Positions 57,620 to 64,000 of a DNA stretch of 64,000 nt are shown in pieces. Position 1 is the first letter of the stretch; each line of letters starts with the position of its first letter. A model generated the notes under the pieces. That model was not told where the DNA came from, made no database searches, and was given only the letters and a program-made list of their open reading frames with translations. The position numbers were made by a program, and so were the translations under genes. This DNA is from an uncultured Candidatus Bathyarchaeia archaeon (lineage in GTDB: Archaea; Thermoproteota; Bathyarchaeia; TCS64), in contig CAZPMB010000002.1 of the NCBI GenBank assembly GCA_964587735.1, positions 1,736 through 65,735 on the forward strand. Direction: 5' to 3'.

Positions 57620-59905
57620 TCACGGTATGGATGAGAGATATAGGGCTATCAGGCTAGCTACATTAAGGATGGCAGCAACCAAGCATACGCCTATGACTCC
57701 GTGGAGGGGTACAAGCCAGATGCTTGCTATCAGACTCCCGATGCAGGCTCCCATAAGGTCCGTGGCATAGAGGGCGCCAGCGACACTGCCTACCCGTCCT
57801 CCTACCCTCATAGAGATCTGGCTGGCGAGAGGGAACTCCATTCCCACGATAAAACCGGCAATACCGTTCATGAGGGGAAAAAGGCACCGAGCAATAGAGA
57901 TAATGTTTGTCTTTTCTCCACTCTCGGAGAGGCCCATGATGGCGATTGGCATCAAGATCGAGTAAGCGATAACCATTATCTCAGTCTTACACAACGTCTT
58001 GATGTCCCTTTCTTGCTCTGAGATCATGTAGGCCATGAACCATCCACCTAGGGCAGCCCCAAACATGAAAGACGCCGTCAGGACCCCGAGCTCTATATAT
58101 AGATATCCGCACAGAGCCTGGAAGGCGTAGAGGATAACGATGCTAGAGGTCATCCCCGCGATTCCTGTGGTGAGGACAGCGACGTAGACCGATAACCGCG
58201 AGGACCTCCACCGCCTCTGGATCATCAGCATGGCAGTAAACAATAGCATCAGAGGAGGGGCTAGCCACCACAATTTTACTTCTGAAAGCAGTGAGAACAA
58301 TGCTCCCGAGCCAGGGTGTAACATGACGTTCCAGAGGGCTAGGTCGTGGAAGACCGCGATGGGCCTCATGTCCATATTGACATCCATCCCTTCACCATGT
58401 AGATACGCCAGGCCGATTGCCATCCTCTCTGGGGAGAGTTTGTAACGGATGTAGTCGTCCGTGAAGACGCTGGTCGCAAGACCTCTATTCCGCAACCTTC
58501 CAGTGAGGACTTCGACATCCCAGGTGGCCCCTTCATCACCACAGCTTGAAGAGGCCAAGAACAGGTTGAAGTCGCCAGGAACGATGAGGCAGCACGGGAA
58601 AACCTCTATGAGTGTTTCGTAGACGCACCTATTGCGAGCCGCCATCTCCTTGCTCATGTGGGCCAGGGAGGAAGACAGGCCAAATGACAATATGCCATCC
58701 TCATCGAGTACGCTACGAATTTCTTTAAAGAACTCAATTGTGTAAAACCTGTTTAACTGGAGTGTGGATGGCGGAGGCAGATTGATGATCACGACATCGA
58801 AAACGGCATTTGCCTTCTTAACGAAGAGCCTCCCATCGAGATTTATCGCCTCCACCCTCGGATCTTTGAGTACCTCAGCGGATTCAGGAGAAAATATCTT
58901 AGTCAGCTTGATCAACGCGGGGTCCAACTCAATGTACGTCACTTTACTCACAGGGTGCTTCAAGAGCTCCTCCAAGACTCCCCCTAGCCCCCCACCAATC
59001 AGTAACACCCTTTCTGGCATCGGGTGTTGAAGCATGGGGAAATGTACGACCTCTTCAACGAATATTACATCCGGGTTCGGCGACGTAAAAATCGGCAGCC
59101 CATTGACCCATAAATTCACCTGATCCCCGCTCTGGGTGACGGCAATGTTACCGTAGACAGAGTTTTCGGAGTGGATTAGCCCCAGGCCTCTCCATTGCCA
59201 ATGATAAGAAGAAGCGTCGAGATTGCCGATCCAACCTGAGAAAAAGGCGAATCCGCCGACCATGACCATAAAGGCGATCACGGCCTTTAGGAATTCATTT
59301 GAAGATGATACAACGTTCTTGTTCAACAGTAGGATCATCGCTAGAAACAAGTTCAGCAGGCTAAGTCCAATACTGATCTCGAGTGCCCTCAGGTTGCTGG
59401 CCAGAATGTATGTGAATACGAGCCCACCAATCACAGAACCCAAAGCCTCGAGGACATATACCCTGCCAATCTGAATAGAAGAATATTCAGCGACACCGCC
59501 TCTCGCGTACAGCTTGCAGCCAAGGGAAAACTGGAAACCGTACAGTGAGCAGAACGGTAGTAAGACTATGAATGTTGAGTAGAATGTGGATATCAGCCCC
59601 GCCATCTCACCCCTCTCTGCCACGATCCGGCTCACTATCGATCTTAGGAACACTATCTGAGCAGGCAAGATGACCGAGATGCCTATCAGTATGAAAACAA
59701 GCCAGACGAAACTCACCATCTGCCTATCAGCTAACTTTCCAAGACCCCAGCTTCCCAGCGCAATACAAAGGAGCCAGTTGACGAAGAGTACGCCGAGAAC
59801 GAGCTCGTTTCCGCTGAAGATGGTCATAAACTCCCGAGCTAGGAGTACCTGGATGATGGAGCAATTGAAGCCCATCACCACGAAGGTCAGCTCGAGTCTC
59901 TTCAA
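57620..59905 (-). CDS. Spermidine-synthase-like aminopropyltransferase domain fused between polytopic membrane domains
   Basis: 761 aa. Central VLLIGGGLGG...IELDPAL...DVVIINLPPP (SpeE SAM-fold) flanked by N-terminal (about 8 TM) and C-terminal (about 6 TM) hydrophobic blocks. Confidence 0.6.
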   Translation of the reverse strand: MKRLELTFVVMGFNCSIIQVLLAREFMTIFSGNELVLGVLFVNWLLCIALGSWGLGKLADRQMVSFVWLVFILIGISVILPAQIVFLRSIVSRIVAERGEMAGLISTFYSTFIVLLPFCSLYGFQFSLGCKLYARGGVAEYSSIQIGRVYVLEALGSVIGGLVFTYILASNLRALEISIGLSLLNLFLAMILLLNKNVVSSSNEFLKAVIAFMVMVGGFAFFSGWIGNLDASSYHWQWRGLGLIHSENSVYGNIAVTQSGDQVNLWVNGLPIFTSPNPDVIFVEEVVHFPMLQHPMPERVLLIGGGLGGVLEELLKHPVSKVTYIELDPALIKLTKIFSPESAEVLKDPRVEAINLDGRLFVKKANAVFDVVIINLPPPSTLQLNRFYTIEFFKEIRSVLDEDGILSFGLSSSLAHMSKEMAARNRCVYETLIEVFPCCLIVPGDFNLFLASSSCGDEGATWDVEVLTGRLRNRGLATSVFTDDYIRYKLSPERMAIGLAYLHGEGMDVNMDMRPIAVFHDLALWNVMLHPGSGALFSLLSEVKLWWLAPPLMLLFTAMLMIQRRWRSSRLSVYVAVLTTGIAGMTSSIVILYAFQALCGYLYIELGVLTASFMFGAALGGWFMAYMISEQERDIKTLCKTEIMVIAYSILMPIAIMGLSESGEKTNIISIARCLFPLMNGIAGFIVGMEFPLASQISMRVGGRVGSVAGALYATDLMGACIGSLIASIWLVPLHGVIGVCLVAAILNVASLIALYLSSIP

Positions 59906-60279
59906 TTGTCGGCCCTACCATACAGCGTTATCATTTCTTCAATCCTTGCGAGTCGAACTTTGCGTCTCTGTAACTGAAGAGCATCAAGAACTGTGTTCAT
60001 TCCCACTTGCGATCTATATTACAAGTGTTGCGTATGTATATTTCGCGACTTCATTGGTTGTTACCTTATGGGTTAAATATCATGATTCGTCTAACGGGGT
60101 AAAGAACGGGGGCTAAGGTGCGAGCTCTGACCTCTCCGCTCCCTGTGGGATCACTTATTGCTCGATTCTTTGCCCTCGTGTGGGCGATTGCGTAAACGTC
60201 GTGATCTAAATGGACGAACTCTCTTTGGAGCTGCATGCTATGATCCTAACGGTGCACTACCCGTTATGAGTTATAGCTC

Positions 60280-60471
60280 TCACCTAAATCCGCTAGGTAA
60301 CTCCCCTTTCTTGTCCTCTTCCTTTTCAGCCAAGACTATCTCATCGCTGATATTAAAGAAAAGAGCAAGCTCAACCCATCCATTTCTTTTAACGTAGAGT
60401 TTCCTCTTGATGTCCGCAACATCCATTTTAAGAACGAGGAATTTTTCCTTAAGGTTGTTGAAGGCCTTCAT
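60280..60471 (-). CDS. Hypothetical small protein in the low-GC island
   Basis: 63-aa ORF in an AT-rich region. No family recognisable. Coding status uncertain. Confidence 0.2.
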   Translation of the reverse strand: MKAFNNLKEKFLVLKMDVADIKRKLYVKRNGWVELALFFNISDEIVLAEKEEDKKGELPSGFR

Positions 60472-60768
60472 TCTCCGCTATCTCCTCGTCGGTTACGATA
60501 GGGAAGGCTATATCAGAGGTAGGTACGGGAATAATCTATCTCTTCCTCAAGTTTAACCCTCTAATAACTTATACTCGTGTTCAAGGATGTCCCCCTTCGT
60601 TCGCAAGCATGAACTCGTGTAAATCGCCATTACATAACATTCTCGTTTGTAATTCGAAGAGAACCCCACGCGCTGCACTATGTTCGGCTGGATTGAACAT
60701 CTCCTTGATAATGAGGATGAAGTAAGGTATATCTGCCTCCGTGTAGATTTTATTTTTGGTGAAAGATT

Positions 60769-61125
60769 ATGCCTGAGGCATACCACTACGTCAGGTTCAG
60801 ATGGTGGAACAGGCTGGAACTCGATAAGGTGTCGAATGAACTTACCCCAAATTATGAAGTTAAAATGCTGGCGAGGCCGGGAGAGGAGCACGAGATAGCC
60901 TTACTGAAGGACGAGAGGAGCGAGCTTGTGGTCAAGTCCGACACGATAATGGCGCATCTATCGCCCATCAGGGCCGTCATGTCGCAGAAGAAGCCCATGC
61001 CACTCACGCCAAAGGACTTGGAGCTGAGGAAGAAGGTACTCGAGCTTTACCCAAGGGACAGGCCGACACCTTTCCCATGGGAGTTCAGCACCGAGCCCAA
61101 ATTCGAAGTCGCAAAGAAAAAGTGA
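60769..61125 (+). CDS. Hypothetical protein
   Basis: 118-aa ORF with protein-like composition. No recognisable motifs. Confidence 0.35.
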   Translation: MPEAYHYVRFRWWNRLELDKVSNELTPNYEVKMLARPGEEHEIALLKDERSELVVKSDTIMAHLSPIRAVMSQKKPMPLTPKDLELRKKVLELYPRDRPTPFPWEFSTEPKFEVAKKK

Positions 61126-61344
61126 TGAAGAACCCTTTTTCTGCTTTCTAATATTTTAATTTTATTACTATTGGTATCAAGTTAGCCATTATCATCTTTC
61201 ACTTGTATGAAACGATTCTTGGAATACCCATCTCAAAAAGAATTCAATTGGATTCAGCGCATTTTTTACACTTTCTAAAAGCTTCGGTTCCGATACCCAC
61301 GGATCTATTTTCGCAGACGAATGAGAAATTGAGAGGTAACTGTT

Positions 61345-61875
61345 CTAATGGGATTCATTCTCCTTCTCTTCATAGAGTTCGTGGATCCTCGGGTCGACGT
61401 GTGACCAGTCCCTGTTATCGCCGAAGAAGTCCTTCCTATCCTTCTCGGAAGTGGGCAGCGTCTCGAATTCGCATTGTTCGTCTCCAACTGTCAGGCATCT
61501 CGTGTGGACGAGCTTCTCGTCCGGGTTGGTGAACATGGTCTTGGCGGGGTCGATGAGGCAGTAGAGGCTTCCGATGTCCATCTCGTCGTATTCGAGGACG
61601 ATCTTGCCGAGCTCGCATATTGGGGGCTTTCCCTCCCGCCTCTCCCAGAAGCCGTACTTCGGGAGGCTCTGGTGCCCTTGCTTCGTCCTCTCGGCGACCC
61701 GCCTTCCGTATTCCTTGATGGCGTTGAGGATCAGCTGCTTCCCCCTCTCCCACCCGAACTCGTCCACCAACGTCCTTGCATACGCCAGGTGGAGTAGGGC
61801 GAGCCTCTGGGTCACCACCTTCACCTCGTTCTCAGCCTCGCTGATGGGTACCATCTCTTCTTTTTGTTTCGACAT
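61345..61875 (-). CDS. Hypothetical protein (possible ATC-hydrolase-like small Cys-containing protein)
   Basis: 176 aa. Cys pairs (PPICELG, CLID, CLTVGDEQCEF). Family assignment tentative. Confidence 0.35.
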   Translation of the reverse strand: MSKQKEEMVPISEAENEVKVVTQRLALLHLAYARTLVDEFGWERGKQLILNAIKEYGRRVAERTKQGHQSLPKYGFWERREGKPPICELGKIVLEYDEMDIGSLYCLIDPAKTMFTNPDEKLVHTRCLTVGDEQCEFETLPTSEKDRKDFFGDNRDWSHVDPRIHELYEEKENESH

Positions 61876-61923
61876 GCCACTCAGCCACCATTTTATGGGA
61901 ATCTATTGATTTAATAGAAGACT

Positions 61924-62757
61924 TCAATTCTTCTTTTCGATGATGGCATCGTCGAGGTTCATCCTTTCCGACTTTATCGGCGCCTCAGCGGGCCAGCCTA
62001 CTACAATGTGGCAGCGGCTGACAAACGTTTCGGGCAGCCTGAAGTACTCCCTGATTTTCTTCTGCGTCTCCTCGCCGTGGGTGAGCCAGCACGCCCCCAG
62101 GCCGAGGGCATGGGCCATGAGGCAGATGTGGTCGGCTGCCGCAGCGGCGTCGAAGTAGATGTTCTGCGGAACAGCCCTGTCGAACTTCAGGGTTTTGTAT
62201 ACGCGCATATCTTGGCAGACGAGGATCATGACGCAGTTCTCGACGAGTATATCGCTCCTAACCAGTTTCCACTCATCCGGATGGCGAAGCACGATGAACC
62301 TCCTGGAGTCCACGTTGCAACCCTGGGGCGACATGAGGCCCGCGTATAGGATTTCCTTGATCATCTCTTCCGGGATAGGCCTATCCGCAAACTGCCTTAT
62401 GGACCGCCTCCCGTAGAGGAGCTTCTTGACGACGGCCATCTCAACACCAGTGAAGGGCTCCGGCAACTTCGTTCCGAGGACGACCTTTTCTCCTCTGTTG
62501 AGCTTCTTCGCGATCTCAACATATCTCATGCACCACCGGATGTCGGGAGAATCGGTTGGTAGACCCCTCTCCTCCCAAACATCAAGAACCATATTTGCTT
62601 CGGATCCAAATTTGGGCGGCTTCCTCAGCTTCCCGTTCAGGATCCTATACAACATCACCTCGATGGTGTGATGGGTTCGCTCGTGGAGGATCGCCCTCAA
62701 CGAGTCGACGTCCATTTTCATGAGGTCGTCTCTAGAATATCCATGGATTTTCTCCAT
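61924..62757 (-). CDS. Nitroreductase-family protein with a 110-aa N-terminal extension
   Basis: RRSIRQFADRPIPEEMIKEIL ... SPQGCNVDSRRFIVL nitroreductase core in the C-terminal 165 aa. N-terminal domain unassigned. Confidence 0.65.
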   Translation of the reverse strand: MEKIHGYSRDDLMKMDVDSLRAILHERTHHTIEVMLYRILNGKLRKPPKFGSEANMVLDVWEERGLPTDSPDIRWCMRYVEIAKKLNRGEKVVLGTKLPEPFTGVEMAVVKKLLYGRRSIRQFADRPIPEEMIKEILYAGLMSPQGCNVDSRRFIVLRHPDEWKLVRSDILVENCVMILVCQDMRVYKTLKFDRAVPQNIYFDAAAAADHICLMAHALGLGACWLTHGEETQKKIREYFRLPETFVSRCHIVVGWPAEAPIKSERMNLDDAIIEKKN

Positions 62758-62971
62758 CTTCTACCCTCTTCGTACATTTGTCTAGATGAGTGAAAAAGGA
62801 TTGCCTACACACCCTCCTTAAGAACCGAAAGAAATTTTCAGAGATTCTCGTAATTTTCAAGCTTTTTGGCCATGTTTCGCAAGGCTGTAGTTTCATATGA
62901 ATGTCGAAAACCGCGGCAAACGTCACTAAACTTAACGCTAGATATTCATAAAAGAGATTGTGTGTGCTTGG

Positions 62972-64000
62972 TCATGGCGTGGTGCTTGAATTCTTGCCAT
63001 TGCTTTCTTGGAGTTTCTTGTGTATCTGCTCTATTATCTTCTCCCTGATCTTGTTGGCTATCGGGGGATTGATTTCCCCTCGAAGCTCTTCGAACTTCCT
63101 TGATACCTCGTCCAGCAGTTCGCGAGCAGCATCGTTCTCCCCCTCTTCGAACCGCTCCCTCATTCTCTCCAGCAATCCTGCGGCGTTCTCTAGCTCCTCG
63201 TCCACGTCTGTGGTGTTCTCACCCTTCCTCCTCAGCCTATCTGCGGTGTTCCTCAGAACCCTTATCCTAGCCTCGACAACGTTCATTGCCCTGAGGTTCG
63301 TTGATGTGGCATTGCTGTTCAGCTCGTCCAGGCTGTCGTCGATCTCCTCCACGGCGTCCTTCAGCTCCCCGAGCAGCTCATCTACCTCTTCGGTCGAGAG
63401 GCGTTCCCTCAGCCGCTCTATCTTCCTAGAGATGATCCCTAGATTATGTCCGACCATTACCGTCCTCTCAGCCTCGAGGCGTTCTCGGAGCTTAAGGATC
63501 GTCTCGTTCAGAATCCTTACCCTGTTTTGGACATGCTCCATGAAACTTTCGGCCATATCCTGCTTGTGCTCCATCATCGCAGTTCTGTGGAGAAGCCCAT
63601 TCGTCTCGCCGAGATGATTGCGGATCCTCGCAAGTTCCTGTGCTATGTCGGCGATACTGGCGTCGGATTCCAGAGAATCCAATTTGTCCCTCAGCGCCAT
63701 CAGGGCGTTCTCAGCCTCTTCAAGTCTGCCTCGGATGAGCTCGTAATCGAACTCGTACCCTTCCTCAATCAACCTGTCAACGGTCGCGTTCACCCTGTCG
63801 ATGAACCTCAGCGCCCTGTCGATGGCGACGTAGAGGCCGATACCCCTCTCGACGTCGTCCTCGGGCTCTTCTAGCACTTCAGTCTCCTCAGGCTCCTCGG
63901 TTTCAGGGGGCTCCTCTTCCTCGGGCTCGAGGGCCTCTGCGCTCTCGAAGACTCCGCCAAGGATTTCAAGGGCGTCGCGTGCCTTCTCGGCAGCCGCCCC
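62972..64000 (-). CDS. Acidic coiled-coil protein, N-terminus beyond the window edge
   Basis: The reading frame continues past 64000. Heptad-rich and E/R/L-rich sequence (LEEAENALMALRDKLDSLE...). No enzymatic motifs. Confidence 0.4.
   Translation of the reverse strand, partial: GAAAEKARDALEILGGVFESAEALEPEEEEPPETEEPEETEVLEEPEDDVERGIGLYVAIDRALRFIDRVNATVDRLIEEGYEFDYELIRGRLEEAENALMALRDKLDSLESDASIADIAQELARIRNHLGETNGLLHRTAMMEHKQDMAESFMEHVQNRVRILNETILKLRERLEAERTVMVGHNLGIISRKIERLRERLSTEEVDELLGELKDAVEEIDDSLDELNSNATSTNLRAMNVVEARIRVLRNTADRLRRKGENTTDVDEELENAAGLLERMRERFEEGENDAARELLDEVSRKFEELRGEINPPIANKIREKIIEQIHKKLQESNGKNSSTTP

Noticed and set aside
60553-60891. 112-aa minus-strand ORF in the low-GC island
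   Set aside because: It overlaps the better-formed plus-strand ORF 60769..61125, has odd composition and no start-context support, and is likely non-coding.
1-64000. CRISPR arrays, IS elements, integrases or toxin-antitoxin pairs
   Set aside because: No direct-repeat arrays, transposase or integrase motifs (DDE, tyrosine recombinase R-H-R-Y) or PIN/RelE-like small gene pairs were seen. The small ORF 60280..60471 is too weak to call an antitoxin.

Overview
The window is archaeal: about 60% GC, with an archaeal histone, a TFS-like zinc ribbon protein, Nep1, class-I HMG-CoA reductase, archaeal-type PPAT, split LplA and a DUF763 protein. Coding density is high and adjacent genes often overlap by 4 nt. 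The dominant feature is an unusually large block for [NiFe]-hydrogenase maturation and electron-bifurcating Mvh:Hdr-type heterodisulfide reductase (about 14.3-39 kb). It contains hypC, hypD, hypF, hypE, hypA and an Mrp/MinD-type putative HypB. It also contains a plus-strand hdrCBA, a 12-gene minus-strand operon (hdrC-hdrB-hdrA'-hdrA-mvhD::wH-hdrA'A fusion-mvhD-hdrC-hdrB-mvhG-mvhA-protease) and a divergent hdrC-hdrB pair. Together these give four HdrC, four HdrB and five HdrA-type FAD domains. The most unusual elements are a 1000-aa tandem HdrA'-HdrA fusion next to its split paralog pair, an MvhD fused to a winged-helix-like domain, an HdrA with a C-terminal MvhD-like domain lacking the Cys ligands, and an HdrB with degenerate CCG motifs. 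Upstream (6.4-11.7 kb) is a lipoylation cluster with two radical-SAM candidates for LipS1/LipS2-type lipoyl synthase and split LplA-N/LplB, followed by a DsrE/F/H (TusBCD)-like triad. That association recalls the lipoate/sulfur-relay partnership of sHdr systems. Downstream are housekeeping and accessory genes (PPDK, NrdDG, M20 peptidases, flavodoxin, SagB-type dehydrogenase, histone, Nep1, GT2). There is also a membrane redox cluster (CcdA, NapH-like polyferredoxin, AmmeMemoRadiSam-type radical SAM, giant spermidine-synthase-like membrane protein) and a low-GC 1.4-kb island with little coding signal. No rRNA, tRNA, CRISPR array or recognisable transposase or integrase was found.
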